A DNA stretch of 64,000 bases from a virus. A program made the position numbers and the translations under genes. Under the pieces are notes generated by a model that did no database searches, had not been told where the DNA came from, and saw nothing but the letters and a program-made list of their open reading frames with translations. Positions 19,284 through 29,397 of this stretch are shown in pieces. Within the stretch, counting starts at the first letter, position 1. Each line of letters opens with the position of its first letter. The stretch lies in the IMG/VR virus record IMGVR_UViG_3300027969_000046; one strand, given 5' to 3'.

Positions 19284-19652
19284 ATGAAATTCAAAGAGTT
19301 TTTAACAGAGTTAGCAATGCCTATGGATTCAATAGTTCACGATGTGGCTATTGAAGAAGCGGTTAATGCTCAACTAAGTAAAGAGCTCAATGATATAATT
19401 CTTTCTCCACAAATCGGTTTCCTAAAAATCCGTAAGGTGTTGCGTATGTTCAATTTAGACATACCAACATCTTATGCGGTTGAACAGGAAGGTGATGAAG
19501 TGGTATTAGATTTGTTGGGTGATACAGATTCACTATTGTATGTTTTATATTATCAGACTGATGATGGTAATTATGATTTTTATGCCTGTGTTGACGATGA
19601 AGAAGGTATAGAAGAAATTATCTCTAAGGATGAGGAACTAGAAAAAGAATAA
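19284..19652 (+). CDS. Acidic hypothetical protein with capsid-targeting-like N-terminus
   Basis: MKFKEFLTE. Confidence 0.65.
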   Translation: MKFKEFLTELAMPMDSIVHDVAIEEAVNAQLSKELNDIILSPQIGFLKIRKVLRMFNLDIPTSYAVEQEGDEVVLDLLGDTDSLLYVLYYQTDDGNYDFYACVDDEEGIEEIISKDEELEKE

Positions 19653-19654
19653 TA

Positions 19655-20047
19655 ATGTCCTTCGATGATTTGAGTAATGAGAATATAATGTTATACGCAG
19701 CTAAAGTTTACGATAAACCAAACTGCATTATGTCTGAATTTAAAGAGGACATGAAAAGATTTAACTATCTAAAAAGACTTTTCTTTAGATACCGAAAGGT
19801 AAATGAAGTTAAAGAACGATTGATATTAAATCACCTAGTTGTATTGTATAATGTATTTGGTGTTGAAGCTGCGACCAGACTACTGTTCTATAAGATTGCC
19901 AAAGAGGATTATCCTGCTTTGAAAACTTATTTGGTATTTTTAAGTTGTATGCCTGAGAGAGTTAAGGGTATCAGAGGTCAAGATATATTATCTTCGGATA
20001 TTCCCGTTGATACCAAAGTAGCGAACACATTAAGAGAATTTAAATGA
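19655..20047 (+). CDS. Conserved T4-like phage hypothetical protein
   Basis: YDKPNC..EF.ED, RLILNHLVVLYNVFG. Confidence 0.75.
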   Translation: MSFDDLSNENIMLYAAKVYDKPNCIMSEFKEDMKRFNYLKRLFFRYRKVNEVKERLILNHLVVLYNVFGVEAATRLLFYKIAKEDYPALKTYLVFLSCMPERVKGIRGQDILSSDIPVDTKVANTLREFK

Positions 20048-20223
20048 AAAAGAAGTTGAAAGAAGATGGAGTTGGAATGGTTGGTGGTACACCAGTCAAT
20101 AATGCAGGTGGCGGTGAAGTCGCAGGCATTGGTGTGGGACCAAAAGGCGAGCCAGGTGTTGGCAAGCGTAAGAAGCCTATGCCGTTCAAATCATTTTTTA
20201 AGAGAAAGGATCCTGCATACTAA
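20044..20223 (+). CDS. Small Gly-rich protein (59 aa, absent from ORF track)
   Basis: ATGA and TAATG coupling at both ends; MKKKLKEDGVG...NNAGGGEVAGIGVGPKGEPGV. Confidence 0.65.
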   Translation: MKKKLKEDGVGMVGGTPVNNAGGGEVAGIGVGPKGEPGVGKRKKPMPFKSFFKRKDPAY

Positions 20224-20702
20224 TGTGGTTTCTTTTATCATTTATTCCTGATTGGTTCGTTAGTTATTTTGTTCACATTATTTTTAGTGTGGGCTTAATT
20301 GGTATTATTGTAGGAGCATTTTTAAGTAAAATTCCATTTGTTAATCAATATGGTGTTTTAATTAAGATTGTCTCCAATATTTTATTTGTTGTCGGTCTAT
20401 TTCTTGAAGGCGGTTTACAAACAGAGTTAGCATGGCGTGAGAAAGTTGCTGAATTGCAAGCTAAAATAGAAGTTGCACAACAACAATCAAAAGAAACTAA
20501 TGTTAAAATTGAACAGAAAGTAGTTGAGAAAGTTAAGACTATTAAGGATAATGTAAATGCTAATCGACAAATTATTGAAGAAAATCGTGATAGTATCAAC
20601 GCTGAGTGTAAGTTGTCTGACACTGCCTGGTTGCTCTACAACAGCGCCAGTCAAAATGCCTTGGCCAGAAGCACCAGCAACTCTACTGCAACCGGCAAGT
20701 AA
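20223..20702 (+). CDS. Inner-membrane spanin (Rz-like)
   Basis: N-terminal TM segments, coiled coil, C-terminal Cys; overlapped by lipoprotein gene. Confidence 0.7.
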   Translation: MWFLLSFIPDWFVSYFVHIIFSVGLIGIIVGAFLSKIPFVNQYGVLIKIVSNILFVVGLFLEGGLQTELAWREKVAELQAKIEVAQQQSKETNVKIEQKVVEKVKTIKDNVNANRQIIEENRDSINAECKLSDTAWLLYNSASQNALARSTSNSTATGK

Positions 20703-20856
20703 TCTCAAACCACTACCAGAAGATAAAAAAACTTTAACTGATTTGATAGAAAATGCCAATGAGAATTTTGGTACATACTATCAGATAAAGAGTAAGTATG
20801 AAGCTTGGCAAGAGTGGTATAATTCCCAAAAGAAAATCTATGAGGGTGTAAAATGA
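20557..20856 (+). CDS. Outer-membrane spanin lipoprotein (Rz1-like)
   Basis: Lipobox LPGC, Pro-rich mature N-terminus, overlaps Rz-like gene in another frame. Confidence 0.7.
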   Translation: MLIDKLLKKIVIVSTLSVSCLTLPGCSTTAPVKMPWPEAPATLLQPASNLKPLPEDKKTLTDLIENANENFGTYYQIKSKYEAWQEWYNSQKKIYEGVK

Positions 20857-21209
20857 AAAGATTAATAGTCTTATCAGTTACATTACTATCTGGTTGTGCC
20901 TTATGGATGGCAAGTTACGATAGCACAGAATACTCATTAGTAAACAAAGTAAGAACACAGGCGATTGTAGGTGATTGCTCTAGTGAAAGTGTAAAAAGCC
21001 TGTATAATACTACATTAGAACTAAAGAACTTTGCACAGTATATACCACGCAACGATGCCACGATTGGTCTGACAAATCAGTTATACACCATTGTTGATGA
21101 ACTACATAAAAGAGAAAATCCAAGTCCTGCATATTGCAAGGCTAAACTAAACACAATCGCCAAATCGGCTGAAGAAATTCAACGAGTTGTTGGGAGCAAA
21201 CCAAGATGA
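20853..21209 (+). CDS. Lipoprotein
   Basis: MKRLIVLSVTLLSGC lipobox. Confidence 0.7.
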   Translation: MKRLIVLSVTLLSGCALWMASYDSTEYSLVNKVRTQAIVGDCSSESVKSLYNTTLELKNFAQYIPRNDATIGLTNQLYTIVDELHKRENPSPAYCKAKLNTIAKSAEEIQRVVGSKPR

Positions 21210-21418
21210 CCGCATTAGTAAATATTGCAGCTCAAGCAAATGATTTGCATGACCAGTATCTTGCAGGTGAATTATCACCATCTGAATTTAAAGAACTTTG
21301 TGAAGATTTAAAAATTGTTCAACAAATTGCAGATGATGCTTCTGATTTTGAAAAAGACCAAGAGTATCGTGCTTACATTCTTGCTGTTCTTCAAGTAGCA
21401 AGTAACATTCCCCTATAA
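21206..21418 (+). CDS. Hypothetical protein
   Basis: ATGA-coupled ORF. Confidence 0.6.
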   Translation: MTALVNIAAQANDLHDQYLAGELSPSEFKELCEDLKIVQQIADDASDFEKDQEYRAYILAVLQVASNIPL

Positions 21419-21419
21419 T

Positions 21420-22157
21420 ATGATTATTGGTTCAGGCATCACAATTGGTTCAGGTATTGGAATAGTGCCAATTCCTGTTTCTGGATTTAGCACAACCAAT
21501 TTGTTATTATATTTAAATGCAACAAATAGTTCCAGTTATTCTGGTTCCGGTACTGCTTGGAATGATTTAAGTGGTAACGCAGATAATGGAACATTAGTTG
21601 GTAGTCCAACATATACAGCAAGTCCAGGATATTTTACTTTTGCTGTAGGTAAATATGCATCAACAGGTGTAATTAATAGTGCTTTGACGGCCGCAACATT
21701 TATTGCTTGGGTATATCCAACACAAACGCAATCACAATATACTGGTGTTATTTTTAATAGAAATGGTTACGGCGGTGCAACTGCTTATGCAACTGGTATG
21801 AATTTTTATACAAGCAATTCTGTTGGGTATCATTGGAACGATAATGGTGCAACATATGGATGGAACTCTGGTTTATCTGCACCAAATAATGCTTGGTCAA
21901 TGATTGCTATAACTGTTAACTCTACTACTGCAACTGCTTACTTGTGTCAATCTAGTGGAATAACAACAGCAACAAATACATCTAGTCACTCGTCAACTTT
22001 ATCTGGACTTAGTTTTTATGTTGGTGTTGAACCATCTAGCACTTCTGGTAGAGCATTTAAAGGTAATATTTCACAGGCCGCAATATACAGCACAACATTA
22101 ATTTCTGATGAGATAACAACAAACTTTAATAATACAAAATCTATTTACGGTTTATAA
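21420..22157 (+). CDS. LamG/concanavalin-A-like domain protein (fiber or adhesin)
   Basis: LLLYLNA..SSSYSGSGT.W.DLSG, AWVYP, FKGNISQAAIY. Confidence 0.75.
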   Translation: MIIGSGITIGSGIGIVPIPVSGFSTTNLLLYLNATNSSSYSGSGTAWNDLSGNADNGTLVGSPTYTASPGYFTFAVGKYASTGVINSALTAATFIAWVYPTQTQSQYTGVIFNRNGYGGATAYATGMNFYTSNSVGYHWNDNGATYGWNSGLSAPNNAWSMIAITVNSTTATAYLCQSSGITTATNTSSHSSTLSGLSFYVGVEPSSTSGRAFKGNISQAAIYSTTLISDEITTNFNNTKSIYGL

Positions 22158-22262
22158 ACAAGTAATACATTAAATCCATTCTAAATAATTTGTAGTTCAA
22201 AGTGTTTTTCATTGTTATGGTTAATTTATGGTTTTTTGACAGTAACCTAAATTTAACCAACA

Positions 22263-23033
22263 ATGGATCCAATAACATTATTTGCTCTTGCTAATGGTGC
22301 TGTATCTGCTATCAAGGCAGGATGTAAGCTATACAAGGACATTAAGGGTGCAGCTGGTGATATTAAGGATGTTCTCAAAGACCTTGATGAGCAATTCCAT
22401 GGTGCATATGCAGCTAAAGGTAAAACACCTACACCGGCAGCAGTTAAACAACTAAATGAAGAAAAAGCCAGAGTAAAAGAATTAAACAAAAAAGATTCTG
22501 GTGATGTTTACTTTGAATTGGGTCAACATCTTGGTACATTCTTTGACAATCAAGCAAAATGCATAGCAGTATTTGAGGCAGAAGAAAGAAGGTCTTATCA
22601 ATTATATACTGGTGAATCTTCAGTAGGTAATCGTGCTCTACAAAGAGTATTGATGAAGAAAAAACTTGAGCAAATGGAAATTGATTTGCGTGAGTTGATG
22701 ATATATCAAAGCCCTAAAGAATTAGGTGCCTTGTGGACCGAAGTTCAACAAACTTCTCAAATATTAAATGCAAGACAATCTGTTGCATTAAAGAAACAAA
22801 TTGAAATAAACCACAAACATGAAATTGAGCACGCTAAATTTGTAAAAAAAGTTAAAACTGCTATTTGGTGGTTTGGTATTTTTGTGTCAATAATTGTTTT
22901 TACTTTTATTATAATGTGGTTTGTGGTACAAGATAGAATAGAAAAATATCCACAGTTAGGGACTGAATGGTTTCCTAAAACTGAAAAACAAAGAAGGCTG
23001 GAAGCACAACCTAAACACTATGTTGGAAGATAA
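22263..23033 (+). CDS. Helical protein with C-terminal TM segment
   Basis: MDPITLFA...; hydrophobic IWWFGIFVSIIVFTFIIMWF. Confidence 0.7.
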   Translation: MDPITLFALANGAVSAIKAGCKLYKDIKGAAGDIKDVLKDLDEQFHGAYAAKGKTPTPAAVKQLNEEKARVKELNKKDSGDVYFELGQHLGTFFDNQAKCIAVFEAEERRSYQLYTGESSVGNRALQRVLMKKKLEQMEIDLRELMIYQSPKELGALWTEVQQTSQILNARQSVALKKQIEINHKHEIEHAKFVKKVKTAIWWFGIFVSIIVFTFIIMWFVVQDRIEKYPQLGTEWFPKTEKQRRLEAQPKHYVGR

Positions 23034-23057
23034 ATAAAGCATCATTAAGGAAAAAAC

Positions 23058-23672
23058 ATGGAACTAACTTTAGACCAATTAAAACAACTATTACCAAAGA
23101 ACCCATATGTGGATCATTGGCATCACGCACTATCACAATTGTTACCGGACTATGACATTAATACTCCTCAGCGTATTGCTGCCTTTGTTGCACAATGCTC
23201 ACATGAAAGTGGTGGTTTTGTAGCACTAAAAGAAAATTTAAACTATCGTGCAGTAACACTACGCAAGATATTTCCAAAGTATTTTCCTACTGATGAATTG
23301 GCCAATGCATTTGCTGGTAAACCAGAAATGATTGCTAATCGTGTGTATGCAAGTCGCATGGGAAATGGCGATGAGGCTTCAGGTGACGGTTTTCGTTATT
23401 GTGGTCGTGGACTTATTCAACTGACAGGTAAGAGTAACTATCAAGCATTTGCTGATAGTTTAGAAATGAATGTTGAAGATGTGCCTGATTACTTGTCAAC
23501 ATTTGAAGGTGCAGCTCAATCTGCCTGTTGGTTTTGGGAATCAAACAATCTAAATCAATGGGCTGACAAAGGCGACATCTTAACATTAACTAAGCGTATC
23601 AATGGTGGTACCATTGGACTTGAAGATAGAATTAAACATTATGACCATGCCATGCATATTCTTCAAGCGTAA
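23058..23672 (+). CDS. Glycoside hydrolase family 19 endolysin
   Basis: AQCSHESGG, ENLNY, YCGRGLIQLTGKSNY, INGG; upstream GATAAATA 23029-23036. Confidence 0.88.
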   Translation: MELTLDQLKQLLPKNPYVDHWHHALSQLLPDYDINTPQRIAAFVAQCSHESGGFVALKENLNYRAVTLRKIFPKYFPTDELANAFAGKPEMIANRVYASRMGNGDEASGDGFRYCGRGLIQLTGKSNYQAFADSLEMNVEDVPDYLSTFEGAAQSACWFWESNNLNQWADKGDILTLTKRINGGTIGLEDRIKHYDHAMHILQA

Positions 23673-23755
23673 CTCTCTTTTGGCATAAATACATCAACTG
23701 ATTTGAATTTATCTTTATTATTGTTTAGTATTTGGTTAATAAATGGTATAGATAA

Positions 23756-24199
23756 ATGGCTGATCCAATCCTCTCTGGCGCTCAAGGTGCAGCAGCAACC
23801 TTAAAGGGTGCTCAACAAGCTGGTAAACAACTTGGTTCAGTTGTTATGGATCAGCAAGCTGATATGGAAAAAGCCATTCAGCAACAACACAAAGCACGAA
23901 TTCAGGCCAAATTGGCAGAAGAAAGACGAGCCACTATGTTGGAAGTCCGTGCTGTTGAAAAATACGAACAAGAGAAAGCACATCAACGAGAGTTAGAAAA
24001 ACTCAAACAAGATACTATACGCAAGCATGGAAAAAATGCTTGGGCCGAAGTAGAAGCAGTAAAGTCTAAATTACAAAAAGAAGCAGAAGCAGAAAACAAA
24101 TTAATAGATTATGACCGCCAAAAACAAATTCAAGTTTTTTGGTGGTGTATGACTGCTGCAGCATTAGTAACATATTTTTTTAAATTGTATAAGATATGA
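23756..24199 (+). CDS. Coiled-coil protein with C-terminal TM segment
   Basis: Late promoter CATAAATA 23684-23691; C-terminal VFWWCMTAAALVTYFF. Confidence 0.65.
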   Translation: MADPILSGAQGAAATLKGAQQAGKQLGSVVMDQQADMEKAIQQQHKARIQAKLAEERRATMLEVRAVEKYEQEKAHQRELEKLKQDTIRKHGKNAWAEVEAVKSKLQKEAEAENKLIDYDRQKQIQVFWWCMTAAALVTYFFKLYKI

Positions 24200-24398
24200 A
24201 GGGACCGCAACCATTTATATTTGTGGCCGTTCTTATTCTTTGTTTAACATTAATGATAGTAGAATCGGGAGCAGTATTTAAATAAACTGAAAGTGAGGAT
24301 GTTATGAATAAATTAGCACAAATAATTTTTACACTAGTAATTATAGGTTCTTTAGGTATTGTAGTATTAGAAGCAATAGCAAAAATAAATTAAAACAT

Positions 24399-24947
24399 AT
24401 GGCAACAGAAAACAAACCACTATCCCGTTCAGAACGGGAAGCACAAATTAAAGACAAAGCAGGTCTAGTAATCTGCGTGTTAGCTGCATTGTTGGCAATC
24501 AACACTCTTATGGGTGGTGGTAACAGTTCAAAAGTATTGAATAATACTATTGATGCCAATAATACATGGGCTTTCTTTCAAGCAAAAGCTATCAAACAAA
24601 CATTAGCAGAGCAATCACTTGATGATGCTATTGTTCGTAATGATAAAGCAAAGATTGAAAAGTTGAAGGCTAAGATTGAACGCTATGAATCAGATCCGGT
24701 TTCTGGCGAAGGTAAAAAAGAATTAATGGCAAAAGCTCGTAAGTTAGAATCCGACCGTGCGGTTGCTAAGTCCCGTAGTCCTTGGTACACATATGCTGGT
24801 AGTCTATTGCAGATTGCTATTGTGTTATTGACTGCAAGTATTTTGGCTGTGAACAACAGAATGTATAATGCAAGTATTGGTGTTGGTGTTGTTGGTGCTC
24901 TCTTAATGAGCCAAGCCCTTTGGTTATGGTTGCCTATAACATTATAA
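24399..24947 (+). CDS. DUF4337-like membrane protein
   Basis: WAFFQAKAIKQ, LLQIAIVL.ASIL, three TM segments. Confidence 0.7.
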   Translation: MATENKPLSRSEREAQIKDKAGLVICVLAALLAINTLMGGGNSSKVLNNTIDANNTWAFFQAKAIKQTLAEQSLDDAIVRNDKAKIEKLKAKIERYESDPVSGEGKKELMAKARKLESDRAVAKSRSPWYTYAGSLLQIAIVLLTASILAVNNRMYNASIGVGVVGALLMSQALWLWLPITL

Positions 24948-24958
24948 GGAATTAAAAA

Positions 24959-25414
24959 ATGTCAACACAAGAACAAAATATAGATGAACTTTATGCTAAA
25001 GTTGGTAAATTAGAAGAAACAGCTACTTCATCAGGTAGTAAAGGTGCGTTGGTTGAAAAAATGACCTTTGCTGGTATTCCTATCATGTTTAGTTGTATTG
25101 TTTATTTGATGTCATCATTAAGTAACGCTAACCATGAACTCACTATTCTTCAAAGTAAAATCAATGTGGTGGTAAATGCTGAAAACAAAGCAATACCTCC
25201 ACAAGGAACTACTATTGAAATGGAAAGAATTAAAGAAGAAGCTGCTCTTGCACGAGCTGCCATGACTTTAGAAAGAACTAAAGATATGATGGCCATGAAA
25301 GAAGAAGCTTCATTAAGCCGTGCTAAAGTTGCTTCTGATTCAGCTGCAGCTAGAGCAGAATTAGATAAACGTATTGCTATCCTTGAATGGCGTATGAACA
25401 AAGCAGGTAAATAA
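24959..25414 (+). CDS. TM/coiled-coil hypothetical protein
   Basis: SD AAGGA; one TM then coiled coil. Confidence 0.65.
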   Translation: MSTQEQNIDELYAKVGKLEETATSSGSKGALVEKMTFAGIPIMFSCIVYLMSSLSNANHELTILQSKINVVVNAENKAIPPQGTTIEMERIKEEAALARAAMTLERTKDMMAMKEEASLSRAKVASDSAAARAELDKRIAILEWRMNKAGK

Positions 25415-25415
25415 A

Positions 25416-25832
25416 ATGACCGAACAAGTTAAAAAAGACGAAGATTGGATGCAGAAGAAATGGCGTCCTGCCATGGGTTGGATGTATATGGTTGTCTGTA
25501 TGATGGACATGGTTATATTTCCTGTTGTATGGAGTTTGGCACAAGTATTCACTAAACAACCAATCACACAATGGAACCCATTGACATTACAAGGTGCAGG
25601 ACTATTTCATCTTGCTATGGGTGCCGTATTAGGTATTGCCGCTTTTGGTAGAACACAAGAAAAAATTGCAGGAACAGCTACAAATGCAACACCGCCATCC
25701 ATTCCATCAAGCCTGCCTTCAGCACCTAGCTTTTCGGCACCAACACTATCAGTACCGACCCCAGCACCAGCAGGCATCACAATGGTCAATGGAAAAACTG
25801 CTCCACCACCCCAAGACTTCCCTCCCCTCTAA
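25416..25832 (+). CDS. Holin (GTA 3TM-like)
   Basis: WRPAMGW, LGIAAFGRTQEK. Confidence 0.7.
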   Translation: MTEQVKKDEDWMQKKWRPAMGWMYMVVCMMDMVIFPVVWSLAQVFTKQPITQWNPLTLQGAGLFHLAMGAVLGIAAFGRTQEKIAGTATNATPPSIPSSLPSAPSFSAPTLSVPTPAPAGITMVNGKTAPPPQDFPPL

Positions 25833-25842
25833 GGACTAATAT

Positions 25843-26022
25843 ATGAAAAAGATTTTAATTGCCTCTATGTTAGCTGTATTTGCGTTAGCATCCTATGCTG
25901 AAGCAGAAAAGAAAAAAGTTTGCCATAAAGAAATGGTGAAGGGTAAAGAAGTTGAGAAGTGTAAAGAAATTAAAGTTCATAAAAAACTTGAAGGTACCAA
26001 TGTGCCAGAGAAGAAAAAATAA
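25843..26022 (+). CDS. Small secreted Lys-rich protein (59 aa)
   Basis: SD AAGGA; signal peptide MKKILIASMLAVFALASYA; two Cys. Confidence 0.6.
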   Translation: MKKILIASMLAVFALASYAEAEKKKVCHKEMVKGKEVEKCKEIKVHKKLEGTNVPEKKK

Positions 26023-26465
26023 TGGCTTCTGCTGAGCAAGATTGCATAGAAATCAAAGTTGATGTGGGCATATTAAAGAATCAGGTTGCCATGCTGACCC
26101 AACTTTGTAATAAAATGGATGCCGTCATAGATAGATTGATGGAAAACCAAAATAAAATGTCTGATGACATCTATGATGACATGGAAAAGAAAAAACAAGA
26201 TACGGTGGCCGATATCAAAGAACTTCACTCACGAATCACAACGGTTGACAGAAACCTATCCGATAAGATAGAATTGACCGAGCGCCGAATTATGGATGAA
26301 ATCAAGTCTTTGCGTACCGATATCGCAGAGCATAATCAGAAAGAAGATAGTGAATTGAAAAAGATTTTAGAATGGAAATGGGCAGCTGCAGGTGGTATAG
26401 TTGTTCTTGCCTGGTTATTATCTCATGTTAACATATTAGCATCATTAGGTAAAGTTTTCGGATAG
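26022..26465 (+). CDS. Coiled-coil protein with C-terminal TM
   Basis: KELHSRIT, LEWKWAAAGG. Confidence 0.65.
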   Translation: MASAEQDCIEIKVDVGILKNQVAMLTQLCNKMDAVIDRLMENQNKMSDDIYDDMEKKKQDTVADIKELHSRITTVDRNLSDKIELTERRIMDEIKSLRTDIAEHNQKEDSELKKILEWKWAAAGGIVVLAWLLSHVNILASLGKVFG

Positions 26466-26506
26466 TAGTTGTTTTTTTGTGATGGTTGTGTTACAATGTG
26501 TATATT

Positions 26507-27538
26507 ATGAGTTTAGTTATCGACCAAAAGTATGTGGGTATGATTTCCCACCGTCTCCGCAATTTCAAGCGTAAGCAGGATTATGTTTGGAATTTCTCCT
26601 GCCCATTGTGTGGCGATTCAAAAAAGAATGTTTTAAAAGCAAGAGGTTATGTCTATAAAAAAGGCAATAACCTTTTCTATTCCTGTAAAAACTGTGGCAT
26701 CGGCACAAGTGTCGGTAAATTATTGGAGCAAATAGATGGTAGTCTATACAAAGAATACATATTGGAAAGATACAAGGCTGGTGAGTCCGGTACATCCAAT
26801 TATACGAAGCCAACATTCAACGTCCCCTCGCCGAGATTTGATAAACTTGACAAACAAAAACAGTTCGAACACGCCGAGTTCTGTTCTGACCTACCAAGTG
26901 GACATTTTTGCTTAGACTATTTGAACAACAGGCAGATACCTAAAGAGTTCTACAAGCAATTACTGTTTACATCACACTACAAACAATTCATTGATGCTCT
27001 TGTGCCTAATCATGGCAAGAAACTGGTTGATGATGCTCGAGTTATTATACCGTTTTATGATGTGTATAATAACTTAATTGCTGTGTCTGGTCGTGCATTA
27101 GAAACTAGTGATAAAACTCTTAGATATATAACTATCCGAACTACTGATAGTGAAGATAAGTTGGTCTTTGGTATGGATAGAGTTAGTTTACATGAACCTG
27201 TCCGTATTGTAGAAGGGCCAATTGACAGTCTATTCGTAAAGAATTGTGTGGCATCAGGCGATTCAAGCCTAACAACAGTTGCAGAAAATATTTCAGCAGG
27301 TAAGAAAGTTTTAATATTTGATAATGAACCACGCAATAAAGAAATTGTGAAATTGATGCAAGATGCCATCAAATCCAATCACCAGATAGTGATTTGGCCT
27401 AATACAATTGAGGCTAAAGATATCAATGAGATGGTTGTAAGTGGCATATCGCCAGATGAGATTGAAGCTATTATAAGTAGTAACACCTTCTCAGGTTTGG
27501 AAGCGCAGGCGAAATTCGTTTTTTGGAAGAAAGTATAG
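26507..27538 (+). CDS. DNA primase (T4 gp61-like)
   Basis: CPLCGDS...CKNC zinc finger, VEGPIDSLF, DNEPRN, KDINEM; upstream TTGTTT-17-TACAAT. Confidence 0.92.
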   Translation: MSLVIDQKYVGMISHRLRNFKRKQDYVWNFSCPLCGDSKKNVLKARGYVYKKGNNLFYSCKNCGIGTSVGKLLEQIDGSLYKEYILERYKAGESGTSNYTKPTFNVPSPRFDKLDKQKQFEHAEFCSDLPSGHFCLDYLNNRQIPKEFYKQLLFTSHYKQFIDALVPNHGKKLVDDARVIIPFYDVYNNLIAVSGRALETSDKTLRYITIRTTDSEDKLVFGMDRVSLHEPVRIVEGPIDSLFVKNCVASGDSSLTTVAENISAGKKVLIFDNEPRNKEIVKLMQDAIKSNHQIVIWPNTIEAKDINEMVVSGISPDEIEAIISSNTFSGLEAQAKFVFWKKV

Positions 27539-27606
27539 AGCATGATTGATTTATATCTCACCCAGCAATTCAGTAAATAATTTATAATAATAAGATTGGA
27601 GTAATA

Positions 27607-29397
27607 ATGCAAGATATTATGCATGGCATTAAGGTTGACTATTCCCGTGATAGTTTGTTTGATGAGTTAGGTATTAAAAGATTAAAAGAGTCCTATATGA
27701 AAGAGGACGAAACAAGTCCACAGGAGAGATTTGCATATGTATCAAAAGCATTCGGTACTAACGAGGTTCATGCACAGCGATTGTATGAGTATTCTAGTAA
27801 ACATTGGCTTTCTTATTCTACTCCCATTCTTAGTTTTGGGCGTTCTAAGCGTGGCCTTCCTATATCATGTTTCTTACCTTATTTGCATGATTCAGCAGAA
27901 GGTCTTGTCGATTGTTTATCGGAAGTAAATTGGTTGTCAATGTTGGGAGGTGGTGTTGGCATTGGTCTAGGCATTCGTAGTGCTGATGACAAGTCAACAG
28001 GTGTAATGCCACACTTGCGTACCTATGACGCCTCATCACTAGCCTATCGTCAAGGCAGAACACGCAGAGGTTCATATGCAGCCTACCTTGATATCAGCCA
28101 TCCTGATGTATTAATGTTCCTTGAGATTCGTAAACCAACAGGCGACCAGAATATGCGTTGCCTTAACTTACACCATGGTATCAATATCACCGATGACTTT
28201 ATGAAGTTGGTTGAAGCATCTATGCTTGACCCTCATGCAGATGATACATGGGAATTAAAAGACCCAGCATCTGGTATTGTCCGTGATACCATTCCTGCTC
28301 GTGAATTATGGCAGAAGATTTTAGAAATGCGTATGCTTACTGGTGAACCATACATTCACTTTATTGATACTAGTAACCGTGCCATGCCACAATTTCAGAA
28401 AGATTTAGGTCTTTCTATTAAACAATCCAATCTCTGCTCAGAGATTATTCTACCAACCGATAAGGACAGAACCGCAGTATGTTGCTTATCATCAGTTAAT
28501 TTGGAGTATTATGATGAATGGAGTAAAGATGCCCTCTTTCTTAAAGATATTGCTGAAATGCTTGATAATGTCCTTCAGTATTTCATTGATAATGCTCCTT
28601 CTGCTGTTCATCGTGCAAAGTATAGTGCCGAAAGAGAGCGCTCTATTGGTGTTGGTGCTCTTGGGTTCCATGCTTATTTGCAGCTCAATGGCATTGCTTT
28701 CGAAGGTGTCATGGCTAAAGTAGCCAACAACAGAATGTTCAAACATATCAGAGGTAAATTAAATGAAGCCAACTTACAATTGGGTAGTGAGAGGGGCTCT
28801 CCTAGTGACTGTGCCGGCACCGGCCTACGCTTCGCTCACGTTATGGCTGTGGCCCCAAATGCTTCCAGTTCTATTCTTATGGGTAACACCAGTCCTTCTA
28901 TTGAGCCATATCGTGCTAATGCTTACAGACAAGATACCTTATCAGGATCTTATCTAAACAAGAATAAATTCCTTGATGCTATTTTAAGAGCAAAAGGTCT
29001 TACAGAAGAACAAATGCAAGATACATGGTCATCTATTATTGCTAATGATGGTTCATGCCAACATTTATCTATTTTAGATGATATACAGAAAGATGTGTTT
29101 AAAACTGGAATGGAAATTGACCAACGCTGGGTTATTGAACACGCATCCGATAGACAGGTGTATATTGACCAAGCACAATCATTAAATCTATTCTTTAGGC
29201 CTGATGTGCATATCAAATACCTACACGCCTGCCATTTCTTGGCATGGAAAAAAGGATTGAAAACACTATACTATTGCCGTTCAGAGAAATTGGCTAAGGC
29301 TGATAAGGTCTCTAAGCGTATTGAAAGAGAAGTTATCAAAGAGTTAGATATGTCCGCAATCGCACAAGGTAACGAGTGCTTGGCTTGTGAAGGTTAA
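27607..29397 (+). CDS. nrdA: Ribonucleotide reductase class I alpha subunit (short, no ATP cone)
   Basis: PISCF, SNLCSEI, VCCLSS, APNASSS, KTLYY, C-terminal CLACEG. Confidence 0.95.
   Translation: MQDIMHGIKVDYSRDSLFDELGIKRLKESYMKEDETSPQERFAYVSKAFGTNEVHAQRLYEYSSKHWLSYSTPILSFGRSKRGLPISCFLPYLHDSAEGLVDCLSEVNWLSMLGGGVGIGLGIRSADDKSTGVMPHLRTYDASSLAYRQGRTRRGSYAAYLDISHPDVLMFLEIRKPTGDQNMRCLNLHHGINITDDFMKLVEASMLDPHADDTWELKDPASGIVRDTIPARELWQKILEMRMLTGEPYIHFIDTSNRAMPQFQKDLGLSIKQSNLCSEIILPTDKDRTAVCCLSSVNLEYYDEWSKDALFLKDIAEMLDNVLQYFIDNAPSAVHRAKYSAERERSIGVGALGFHAYLQLNGIAFEGVMAKVANNRMFKHIRGKLNEANLQLGSERGSPSDCAGTGLRFAHVMAVAPNASSSILMGNTSPSIEPYRANAYRQDTLSGSYLNKNKFLDAILRAKGLTEEQMQDTWSSIIANDGSCQHLSILDDIQKDVFKTGMEIDQRWVIEHASDRQVYIDQAQSLNLFFRPDVHIKYLHACHFLAWKKGLKTLYYCRSEKLAKADKVSKRIEREVIKELDMSAIAQGNECLACEG

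Noticed and set aside
20066-20251. 61-aa ORF in the track
   Set aside because: The 20044-20223 frame is coupled at both ends and more protein-like
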